The position numbers and the translations under genes were made by a program. A stretch of DNA of 64,000 bases, taken from the NCBI GenBank assembly GCA_023334545.1, contig JAADVB010000075.1, forward strand, positions 8,198-72,197, in the 5' to 3' direction. This document shows, one piece after another, positions 33,924 to 45,000 of this stretch. The DNA is from Salisapilia sapeloensis CBS 127946. Taxonomy: Eukaryota; Protista; Oomycota. Below the pieces are notes generated by a model, which saw nothing but the letters and a program-made list of their open reading frames with translations, searched no databases and had not been told where the DNA came from. Numbering within the stretch: the stretch's first letter is position 1; every line of letters starts with the position of its first letter.

Positions 33924-36070
33924 ATGGAGACTCGATGCATCTGCCCCACCTGCGCTAAACCTTCCGACAATGACCTGTGTGTCGACTGTCAGACGCCAGT
34001 ACGGCCGCCAACCGTGTTTGACTGCGCTCGACTCGGCTGGGTCACGACGTTCCAGCAGCTAGTCGACGAACAGGTACCGTCCTGAGCTTTTCTTCGGCTA
34101 TCTACTGCAGACACTTATTTAAGGCATAGGGCACTGCGTTTGATGTGAATGCAAGAGAGGGGGAGGCACAAGCCACTGTGCTCCACTACGCAGCTAGTAG
34201 CAGAAGAATAGGCATATATAAGTAGGTAGGTACGAGTATCATGTACGTCTCTGCTTCTCACATGTCCTGTAGGTACATTTTCACCCACGAAAGTCTCAAG
34301 GACCAGGTGCAGGTGGACGCTAGAGCAGGAAAAGACCAGACGACGCCATTGCATTGGGCAGTGCGATACAACTACATCTACGGCGTCGAGATCTTGTACC
34401 AGCATGGAGCTGACATCCATCGTCGAGACGCAAGCAGACTCACGCCATTCCTCACCTCCATACGTGTACGTCTAATAGCTAGATTCAATGGCAGGAGTAG
34501 AGCCTCATCTTCGAACAGGACGGCTTTCCTCTCATTGCTGCCTACTTGATCGCCAAAGGCGCAGACGTCGACACTAGAGTCGATGGTACCCTTCATCAGC
34601 CATACCGACGCCTACTAGTCCTTATACAATGACCACTTGCTGTAGACACCTACATGCAAACGGCACTCATCCTACTATGCACGCCCAAGTCTTTTCACCT
34701 CGACACCTTCCGCATGCTCCTGAGTCTGCGCATCGACAAAGACGCACAGGACAGTCTTGGAAACACAGGTACCTTCGACACTCCTCTCTACTTTACGACG
34801 CTCATGTCTAGTCGGTGTTCATAGCTCTGCACTACGCCGCCGCCAATAACCTAGGTCCGGCAGTACGCATCCTTCTCGACAGACAAGCGTCCACGACACT
34901 GCGCAACAAGGATGGGAAAACCGCATTAGACCTGGCAGTCGTCAAACTACCTCCAAAGGCAGCAACCTTACGACTGCTGGGAGACGACAAGCGCCTACGA
35001 GTCGCAGCCTCCACACTCGGACTCTCCGTACGTCCACTCCCTCCATGTCCATCATTTCATTTGAATCTAATCGCTCCCAACAGAAGTCTACGCTGGACCA
35101 GTACCTCTACAAGACCTCCTTCTTCATCCCGTGGCTTTTGCTTCCTCTCTTCTACGTCGTCCTCTCCGTCTTCAACGGATACAATGTCCTATTAGCTGAA
35201 CTCCTTCTCCTATGCACTGCCGCCGGACTCCTCTGGATCTTCCAGACCGGAGCCTACGGAGACAGTCGGAAGGCTGCTGCACTCATGTTCGGAGTCAACG
35301 TAGCCTCCATCTTCTGGCTCTTGGTCTCCTACCCTACCTTTGCCATCGCTGCCAATGTCTCTCTCGGATTCCACATAGCCTTAGCTCTGTCCTCCATCGC
35401 CATGGTCTTTTTCCTCTACAAGTCCATTGTAGTCGACTCTGGCACCGTCCGCACGACGTACGAGGAGAAACTTGGAAACATCGAGACGCTCGTCGAGTCC
35501 AAACGACCGGTGGAAACCAAACTCTGTCTCTCCTGTCTGCATCAACGACCTCTACGTGCCAAGCACTGTGCTGAACTAGACGCATGCATCTCTCGCTTCG
35601 ACCACTACTGTCCCTTTGTCGCCAACGCCGTCGGACTGGATAACCATCGATACTTTTTCGGCTTCCTCTTCTTCGCTGTCACCAGCATATCGCTTGAGAC
35701 ACTCGTGTGCTGGTGGTACGCCACGCAGAATAATCTCTTTTCGTCGTCAGAAGGCATGTGGCATACGATCTGGAGCCTCGTGCACTACGAACCGCTCCTT
35801 TCGTGTGTCATGACGCTCGACATCCTTCACCTGTGTTGGATCGAATACCTCCTCCTGTTCAACGTCTACCTCCTAGTCGCAGACCTGACAACGAATGAAG
35901 TAGTGAAGAATGAAAACAAGGACAGAGTTTACTCGCAAGGCATCCTTCAGAACGCCATCAACTTTTTCCGACTCAAGAACGCTCAGCAGGTCGACTGGAA
36001 GAAACTGCATCGGCTAGAAGAGTTCTCTGCTTCCATTGATAAGCACAACAACAAAGATAAACACTTGTGA
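33924..36070 (+). CDS. Ankyrin-repeat S-palmitoyltransferase (Akr1/ZDHHC17/TIP1-like), DHYC variant
   Basis: Ankyrin exons (DQTTPLHWAVRYN, ALHYAAANN, NKDGKTALDLA), TM helices, CLSCLHQRPLRAKHCAELDACISRFDHYCPFVANAVG (35600-35611) and TTNE motif. Confidence 0.92.
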
Positions 36071-36094
36071 TCCCACATGCGTGTCTCTATTCCT

Positions 36095-37345
36095 CTACAT
36101 GACGCGCTCCAAACATCGCAGTCGAGCGCTTCTAGACCGAGGGTTCGCCTCCATCTCCTCCTTGCTCGCTTTCATAGCCTTCCGCTTCACCAACCGATAC
36201 ACCTCCCCTCCGTCCAAGTCCTCTCCGCCACTATCATCGTCCAACTCTTCATCGCTGTCTTCCTCGTCACTGTCCTCGCTTTCCTTTCCTTCCTCATCCT
36301 ACAGAGCACAATATCAGCAAAACAATTACTTCTGCCAAGCAGCATGATAAGCATACGAGAGCTCGAAAGAGTTCCTTGATGGGCCGATCCTCGAGCGAGT
36401 GGAAAGCAATCGTACACAAGCGCCCTCCAGGTGCGAGATGATGGACGAGCGAATCGACACCGTCCTGCACGTGCTGCAGCTCTTCATTCACGTAAATCCG
36501 GAGCGCCTGGAAACACTTGGTGGCCGGATGCGTCTTGCTCTTCCGCGCCTTGATCCGCTTGGACCGGAACGCTGTGCGTTCAATGCAAGTGCGGAGGTCC
36601 GTCGTGGTTACGAATGGTCCTTTGCCACGACTCCGCTCTTGCACAATGGCTCGGGCGTACTCTTTCGCTGCCTGCTCTTCTCCAAACTCTCGAAAGATCT
36701 ACAATCCCTCGTCTTACTCGCTGCATATCACATAGGTAGAAGGTCATGTACCTTGGTAAGCTGGACTTCTGATAGCGTATTAACGGCGTCGGCTGCTGTC
36801 ATCTTGTCCGATCGCTGGTCGAATCGCATATCGAGCGGTCCATCGCGCAAAAAGCTAAACCCTCGGCTCGGTTCATCCAAGTGGAAGCTATTGGCGCCCA
36901 AGTCCACGAGGATGCCATCGACTTCCAATGGAAAGTCGTGCTGCTCAATATGGTCCGCCAGGTCCGCGTAGGAGCCGAGCGCAAAGCGCACACGGGGCGC
37001 ATACGGTTTCAGATTCTCTTGTGCAATGGCCAGTACCTATCAATACCCAGGTCACGTGACGTCTTTGCCCTAGATAAATACACGGAAAGCCACCTCTGGG
37101 TCTCGGTCGATGCAGAGCAGTTGGGCGTCCTGGTGCTTGTCTAAGAGCGCTTTGCTGTGTCCTCCAAACCCGACGGTGCCGTCGACGTAGTGCGTCCCGT
37201 GGTCTTTCGCCCAGAGCCCCACCACCTGTTCGCACAGCACAGGCACATGCACTGGCACATCGGCACTAGCGTCGGACGTGAAGCACCGTCTAGACGACTG
37301 CAAGTGGCGTAGCAAGGTAGATCGGAAGTAGGTGGGTGTTCTCAT
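36095..37345 (-). CDS. rsmH: Mitochondrial rRNA m4C methyltransferase RsmH/MraW (METTL15)
   Basis: Presequence, HVPVL, YVDGTVGFGGHS, IDRDPE, DGILVDLGANSFHLD..RGFSF..DGPLDMRFD, HPATKCFQALRIYVNEEL, FHSLEDR and NPRSRSARLR in the last exon. Confidence 0.95.
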
Positions 37346-37451
37346 GAAAGTAGAATGAAAAGAATGACTGGATGCAAGTAAAAGCCCTCGAGAGCATGGT
37401 CACGTGTGCCAAAACTGTCGCTCTAGTTGAATTCGTTAGGTGTCTTCCTAT

Positions 37452-39779
37452 CTACACACTTGGCCTCGCCATCCACGACTCATACAGCGGCTGATGAGCG
37501 CCTCGTGGATGCATCAGATGCAGCGTCTCGTGCTTCTCCACATGCATCGGCAGGCCAAGAGGTTTCCAAATGTGCGTCGAGGATCTCCGCATGCCACACA
37601 CCTGCGCCACGACCTTCTCCAGCTCCTGCTCCGTCAGGTGCGCGCCTAGCTGTACCATGGCAACGTCGTGCTTGGCGGCAGCGACGTAGCGTAAGATGCC
37701 TCTCTCGAGCAGGTACTCGACGGCCTGCTTCATGGTCTCGCTGCACAGGGCTTCTGCGTGCTGGAGCTGGTGGGAAGACAGGAGAGCCTTGGCCAGGAGC
37801 TGCGTCTGCCGAACGAGGTCGCCGACAGACATGTTGTCTATCGAGTGGGAAGCCATCGGTCGTAGGCTCTGGAGACACAGCCAGAGGGAGTCTACCAGCG
37901 GCCACGAGAGCGCCAAGATGAAGCTAACGAGTCTGCTCTTGCGCCACTTGTTCAGTCGGACGAGGACGAAGGAGTGGCTTGAGTAAGCATTCCCAAAGAC
38001 GTCTGGGCAGTGCGTCTGGAGCTGCTCTAGTCTGTCTGCCAAGTCGACGTCCTGGTGGTGACAGAGGTGGCGGAGGTAGGTCCAGAAGGAAGAGGCTTTG
38101 TGCAATAGAGAGCTGGTGGATATGCTGACCTGGTCCTGCGTGAAGATGGTGGAGACGTGGTCTGGCAGGTGTCTCTGGAGGAGGATCGAGTGGATGGCCG
38201 TGACAATCGCCATGTCGGGTAGAAAGGCATGCAGAAGCTGGTTTCGGTAGAAGTTGAGCACGAGCGCTTGCGTCGGAGAGCCCAGGTGACTCTGTACGAC
38301 GCCATTGGACTGCACTGGCACCTTGAGCACCGACAGGGCGTGGTCTACCACCTCGTCACTCGAGACGTTGCTGACGTTTACCTGTCTCTCTTCTAGTTCC
38401 TGCAGCAGCCACTGGCAGGAGGAGTGAATCATGTCTTTCGTGGCATACGCCCTCCTCCACATGAGGACAGAGGAGACGACCGAGGTGCTCGTGATGGTCC
38501 CCGTCTCTTGCATCCGGACGCCCAGCGTCTTGGCAGTCTCGAGCAAGTTGAACCTAGCGTCCAGAGCGAGAGGCTGTCCGAAGCGGACGTAGGCGTGTCC
38601 GCAGCGGAGGAAGAAGATGCTCCAGATGGACTTGAGCAGCCCTAGCAGAGTCTCCGGCGCCTTTGGCTTCCCCAGCACCTGGGCAGCATAGTCCTCCACC
38701 TCGAGCACCTTGTCGTAGTCGAGCGAAATGGGGACAAGAAGCATCTTTCGCCCTCTTGCATTCTCGTTGGACGTAGGAAGATACCTCTGCAAGAGAGACA
38801 GAAAGCCCATGCGCAGCTGATGCACTCGGCCGGAGCGAGACCGACCTCCTTCCAGAAACACCTCGATCGGATTCCCGTCCGCCATCAGCTCGTGCACGTA
38901 CGTGTCCAAGACGTCCTTGTAGAGCTGGTCGTCTCGGAAGGACCGACGCATGAAGAAGCTCCCGTTGGCTCGCAGGAAGCGCCCAACCAGAGGCAAGTCG
39001 AGGTTGTTCCCGGCCGCGATGCGAGGGAGAGGAATGCCGTAGCCAAAGCACAGGTAGCTCACGATCAGATAGTCCAGGTGTGTCTTGTGCGTAGGACAGA
39101 AGACGACGCACGTGCCGTCGTCCGCCTGCTCCAGAGCTTCCTGTAGGCCACGCAAAGAACCTGCATCGACGTGCAGGCCGTCGAACAAGAGTCGCCATGT
39201 CTTCGTCAGGATGTACCCCAGGCATCGTACAGCCGGTAGGAGCATATCCGACCGCAGAGCCTTTAGAATCTTGGAGACTCGGGCAGGCTCTCGACCGAGT
39301 CTGGCCTGCACCTGCTCCTCGTGCCGAGATGGAGACGACGGACGGTGGCCATGCAAATTGTACTCACATCCGCCACGGAGGCTAAAGACAACGTCCTGAA
39401 GCAATCGGCGGACGTCGATGCAGCTAGGACTATCCAAAGTCTGGCGCTTGGCGGCGCATCGTCTCCGAGAGCCAACGGACGCCAGAAGCCACGAGGTCTG
39501 CATGACGTCCACCATGTCTGTCGCTTTCAAATGCTCTCCACTGTGACAAGTAGCACAAGTGCCGCTGCTGCAGAGACTCATGGGCGTCGAGAGCTCCGTG
39601 TCGTCGTCGTCGTCGCCACCGGCGAGCTCTCGTCGGCCCTCGCCCATCTTCTGGTGGTCTCCTTTTCCCCACATTGCCACATCTTTGAAGTTGCCTCTCT
39701 CCACCCGATGCCATCGACCGCCACTGCGATCTTGAAAGGGAGCGTCACGCCGCGACGAGCGACCGGTCTCACCTGCCAT
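37452..39779 (-). CDS. Glycerol-3-phosphate / DHAP O-acyltransferase (GPAT/GNPAT family)
   Basis: PTHKTHLDYL (HX4D), IAAGNNL, GSFFMRRSF, FLEGGRSRSG and LVPISLDYDK. Confidence 0.92.
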   Translation of the reverse strand: MAGETGRSSRRDAPFQDRSGGRWHRVERGNFKDVAMWGKGDHQKMGEGRRELAGGDDDDDTELSTPMSLCSSGTCATCHSGEHLKATDMVDVMQTSWLLASVGSRRRCAAKRQTLDSPSCIDVRRLLQDVVFSLRGGCEYNLHGHRPSSPSRHEEQVQARLGREPARVSKILKALRSDMLLPAVRCLGYILTKTWRLLFDGLHVDAGSLRGLQEALEQADDGTCVVFCPTHKTHLDYLIVSYLCFGYGIPLPRIAAGNNLDLPLVGRFLRANGSFFMRRSFRDDQLYKDVLDTYVHELMADGNPIEVFLEGGRSRSGRVHQLRMGFLSLLQRYLPTSNENARGRKMLLVPISLDYDKVLEVEDYAAQVLGKPKAPETLLGLLKSIWSIFFLRCGHAYVRFGQPLALDARFNLLETAKTLGVRMQETGTITSTSVVSSVLMWRRAYATKDMIHSSCQWLLQELEERQVNVSNVSSDEVVDHALSVLKVPVQSNGVVQSHLGSPTQALVLNFYRNQLLHAFLPDMAIVTAIHSILLQRHLPDHVSTIFTQDQVSISTSSLLHKASSFWTYLRHLCHHQDVDLADRLEQLQTHCPDVFGNAYSSHSFVLVRLNKWRKSRLVSFILALSWPLVDSLWLCLQSLRPMASHSIDNMSVGDLVRQTQLLAKALLSSHQLQHAEALCSETMKQAVEYLLERGILRYVAAAKHDVAMVQLGAHLTEQELEKVVAQVCGMRRSSTHIWKPLGLPMHVEKHETLHLMHPRGAHQPLYESWMARPSV

Positions 39780-39928
39780 CTCCTCCGTCTCCTGTCAGAC
39801 TTTGTGTCACGCTCGACTTGGCGCTCGACAAAGCTACTTTGGCCGCCAAACGACCACTTGCTGTTGGACCTTGGACCTTTTTTCCACATCTTCCACGGTC
39901 ATTCGATATACTCCGACGGCCGATCAGC

Positions 39929-41859
39929 ATGTCGTCGATGTCGACACGGGAAGCTTCGGCCGGATACGGCTCGTGCCAGCAGGATCGGTCTCGACCATCT
40001 GGGAAGCGGATCAAGTTCCGAGACTTGCAAGAGGTAAGCCATCCCTAGTCACCCGGCATCATCCATTCCCTTCTCCTCGCGCTTCAACGATCCATCCGCT
40101 GATCCGCCTTTACCCTCCTCCTCTAGCTCTCCATACGCACGTGCGACTTGCCACAAGTCCGGTCGGACCAGCGACAGCGACATTCCGCCCCCGCAGACAC
40201 CTCCAGGATGACGCCCGTTACAGACCTTCCGGATTCGGTGCAGACGCCCAGGACGCCCATCCAGCCGAGCTCCGGCAAGAAGCGGCGGAGGCGGACCGCT
40301 GCCCAGATCGACCGCAAGTTCAAATGCCAAGTCCATGGGTGCTCGAAGGTATTCTTCTTCTACCCCCATAACTCCCTCTCTTCTCACGACACCATTGACG
40401 ACGCAGGCGTACGGGTCCGAAGGCTCTCTTAAGCAGCACGTCAAGCTCAAGCACGATGGAAAGCCAGATACGAGGACGACGCCCAAGACCCTCAAAGTCA
40501 CGCCCGTACGTTGAGACGCTCCCTCTTATCTTTCACATTCACATGACGCTCATGTGTGCATAGCAAGTGCAGACGGATGCCATGCACAACCTCTCGAGCC
40601 ACCACGCCTTCCATCTCTTCTCGGCTACACCGTCCGGCACGCGCAATGTCACCATCCGACCAGCCACGCACAGTCCAAGTCTAGGCCACGAGCCCTCGCC
40701 CCACTCGACGCCCACCACGCCTCCTGCCTTCCCACCCGCCTCCTGGCCTGGCACAGTCCACTTTGCTCTGACTAGTGTAGCAGAACCTTTGAATGGTACA
40801 ACCCTTGGCCATCGTGCTCGGTCCTACTCGATGCCATCCTCCCCGCCAAGTGTGTTTCATCATGTTCCACTGATAGTACTCGATAGTCTCATACTCTATG
40901 CTCTAGGTACCTACACGCCCACTGCGAAAAGCCATGCTGAACCACGCAGCCGAGCTGTCCGATCCAGCAAGACCAGTGCCACGCCACGGCCAAAGGGTAA
41001 GTCGTATCGTTTGAAAACACGGTCCCAGTCAGACTCCGTGTCGGATCCACATGCGTTCGACCTTCCGTCGGAGCTGTCGGAGCAACTGTGCAGTTTCAGT
41101 GACGACCCAGACCTCAGTCCCTGGGATGTCGACGCCCCTATCATGATCTCGTCTCCCTCCGATGCCGTCTCTCGAGAGCACAGCCGATCGCTCGACTGGA
41201 CAATGTCCGGAGCCAGTCTCACACCAGACGAAGAGGTCTTTGACAAGGACATTCTGTCCGTTCTGGCCACATGTGAAGCAGAAGACTCCTCTTCAGAGCG
41301 TGCTTCTACGAAAGAAGAGCCATGTGAGTCTCTTTGGGACTCATCCATCGCGTCAGACAATATTGACGTCTTCATGTCGGAAACCCTCTCGACGGGCTTG
41401 ATGGAGACGGCTCACTTGACCAGCGTCATCACGCCGACGGTGGATGTCGACATCAAGGCCCCTTGGATGGTACCCAACGAGCTCTCTTTGCCCACTCTCC
41501 CGTCTTCTTCTAACCCGTCCACCTTCCTCTTTTCCGAAGACCACTTGAAAGACGCTAGTTGGAAACATACAGCTCAAACTACATGTCCAGTGCCACTTTC
41601 AACCAGTATGAACGGACCGGACGAGGAAATGCCAGCCATTGCCGAAGACAAACCCTTCTTCACCAAGGAAGGCTTCAAGCTAGATGCAATGGCGTGGGAT
41701 CATGACAGACGCCCCTCCAGCAGCTCCACGCGTGACAGCAAGCAGATTGACTCGGCTATTAGCAATGTGCTCGACATGGATCTGAACGATGACACGGCTG
41801 GTCCATCCAGTGATACGGAGAACTCTTGCCCTTTCGCAGACATATTATTATACGATTGA
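39929..41859 (+). CDS. Single C2H2 zinc-finger transcription factor with a long disordered acidic C-terminus
   Basis: Splicing gives KKRRRRTAAQIDRKFKCQVHGCSK|AYGSEGSLKQHVKLKH (C-x4-C..H-x4-H), continuing into ORF 40567-41859. The start codon is inferred. Confidence 0.8.
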
Positions 41860-42029
41860 GAGTGCTAGCTCCATGCGCTCATGTGCAGCCACTGCATACA
41901 TGTCAACCACCACTGTGCGAATCACAAGAGAGCTTTTTATGTCTGGCAGTTGGAACCTTTATCTTTGTATCTGTCTCAATCTACTCTTGTATCAGTTACA
42001 CACCATGGCGTGATCTCTTGTGTGTCTAC

Positions 42030-45000
42030 CGTTTTACAATTAAAAAGCTGGATATATGTAATTCCGAGCAAGCATTAAAAGTTTGTTGTTGTTGCAAAGG
42101 GCTAAAAGTTTATTAAGCAAGCTTATATTAGAAGACGACGTCCTTTGGAGTCCACTGAAGGTGGCCTCTACCATTCCGAAAAATGGGATGCTGGTTGCTC
42201 AGTACATTCGGAGCCCTTGGACTGGAGAACTGCCATAAGCGCGTTTCAGAGCTGACGCTTCCGATACGGCAGTTCCTTGATTTTCGTTTTTTGGAGTCCG
42301 TTTTGAAGCGAGCAAACACTAGCACTGGCAAGAGGGCACGTATACTTTACTCACTGACGTTTATAAGTAGTGCAGACTCTATTTTGTCAATATATTCAAC
42401 TACTGGGCCTACCATAAAGTTTCATAATATTGAAGAGGAAAGTTTGTGGTATATCCGTTACGTGGTTCTTGAATCTATGTAGCAATCGCTAATATCCATC
42501 ACCTTATTAGATACATCGTAAACGACAACAACCAGTTATTAATCGAATGTTGGTTGCCCTCGAAGACGGTTGCCGTAGCTCAAGCAGACCCTGGCACAAT
42601 TAACGTAAAATTTATTATCATGGGCAACGTGTAGGAATAAAAGAGTTGAAATAAAATATGGTAAAACAGTCATTTGTTGATGGTTTGCATCACTCGCGCA
42701 TTAGACGATTATCCTTACATTAGAGGGCGGTATTCAATCTGTTTGTAGACTGCATACTTTTGCACGAGTCATAACTATGGCACTGGTGCAGCTTCTTTTA
42801 AAATCATGAAATAAACCTGTCGCGTATGATTTTAAATCTAATTCCTCTAGTCGAAACAGGGAAAGTATGTTTGGAACGCTTGGGAATGCTTAGGAGAGCA
42901 CTGAGGGGTAGAAGTTACGGTGATGTCGGATAACTCCGAGGCAGGACAAACGTGGTTGACTTCATGTTCATGTACACTGGGCCGCTGCACAGGTCGAACG
43001 TAGATAGCCAAGTGTGATCATAGATCCTATAGTACAGGGAGATATTAGCAAGTGGTCTCGCGTGCGCGTGCGTTCGACAGTGAAAATGGACGTACTTCGA
43101 GGTGGCACAGTAGTCGTCGATTTGCAACAGCGAAGCTTAGTAGAGCTGCAAGATGATGTGTTCGGGACTTATCTTGGAAAATGAGTGATGATTTATAATC
43201 ATACCGCACCCTTCTACGCAACAATTCGCATTTGGTCTCATTGTGCAAATTTATGAGGCGTACAAACTTACAGCCACAGTTTTTCATGCTATCAACGAGA
43301 CAGCATCGTTTGACCGTCTAACGAGCCCTAAAGTAATGATAGATAGAAGAAGTCAGAACAGTTTTATGACCGAAGAAGAATCACACTCAAGCGAGCTCAA
43401 GCACCTACTGCACAAAGCGTCCCGTAAATTCATTTAACTAAGCACATAAGACTGTAGTTCTTAGCTATGGATCGAAGAACCTTCTGTACAAAGTGCACGG
43501 AAGACAGAAGTACCCATCATAGAAATTTGTAGCTGTTACACGAGTTACAGAGACATCAAATGCATATATAGAAGTCAATACGGTTGCAGCTGGGCTTTAT
43601 ACCGTACTGTCATAGTATAGAACGCAACCATACCCAATCAATGGCTTGACAGTTGACTGCACTTCTCTAGCACTAAAAATAGCTTTGTAAGTAAGTTTTT
43701 TCGTATCTATTTTGTGGATAAAGTTATTTTTAAACGGTAAAATACTTTAGTCCAAAACCTTCTGTCCAAAGCAGTACAGACTTGTAACACTATTTTCATG
43801 AGGCAGTATAAACTTACTAAACCCAATTGTTAATTAACCGCAGATATTGTACATATATCAACTAAATCTCATATTAAATCACAATAAAAATAAAACTTTG
43901 TGCTAGTGTAAACAACTTTTCTATAAGAACTTCATCTTGCATGCATCATATGCATTTCCTAGTTATAAATATGTATGAGAAAATTTATTAAAACATGCAA
44001 AATTTAGACACATTACTTAAAATAAAGCAAATGATATGTTAAACAAAGTAACGTCAAATTAAAAAAAGGGAAATTGAAAAGAAGACAAATAAGTTCCAAA
44101 AACAAGTTTTGACATATACGCAAATACTTTTAAAATTTACAGCAAACAAAATTTTTAGCTCTATAAACGAATTAAACGCAAGATCTAAACAAACAGATTG
44201 TTTGTGTTTGCATTTGGTAAGATTTTAGTCTGTATAAAAAATGAATTTTTTATTGTTTTATATCTGACGTAGCGACCACATAAGCAAAGTTTTTATATTA
44301 ATTTTGTTTTACAAATGCATTGATATTTAACATGACATGAATTAAATTGTGTGTAGAGCAAATTTTTATATAAAAATCGTATAATTTTACACACAGTTAA
44401 TTTAACCAAAATTAATGCAAACTGAAGTATCAGATTGAAAACACAAAAAACAATTTGTATTAAAAACTATAAACAACTTCAAATAAAAACACAAGTTACT
44501 TTAACGTACAAAAACAAGCTAAATAAGACTTTACAATGTATAAAATTTTTGTATCAAAGCTATTGTTTCGTAAAAAATCATATATTTTAACTTTAGAAAA
44601 AATACAAATACAACGTTGTAGGTATTTTGTTAAAGGTGAATAAAAATTACTCTAAATACGATAACAAATAGACTATACATAACATAATTATTAAGGCACT
44701 TAACAACATAACAAAAGTTAATAAAAACTAGAAATTACATGAAGACAGTATGTTTTGAATCAAACATTGTATTTTTGTATTCAAAGCCCTCTATCTATCA
44801 CTAAGCAATTTTACAATTACTTTTTAATACAATGTAAAGAATAGATCCAACTACTGTTTTAATTAAACAAAATTTGTGACTTTGCATGATGCTTATAACT
44901 ATTTATATATCGTATCATCTATTCATCATACATAAACAGTTGTAGAAAGTGCTTTTCTGAATAACCTTTAACATTTAGTGTTTCTTAAAAACCTTTGTGA

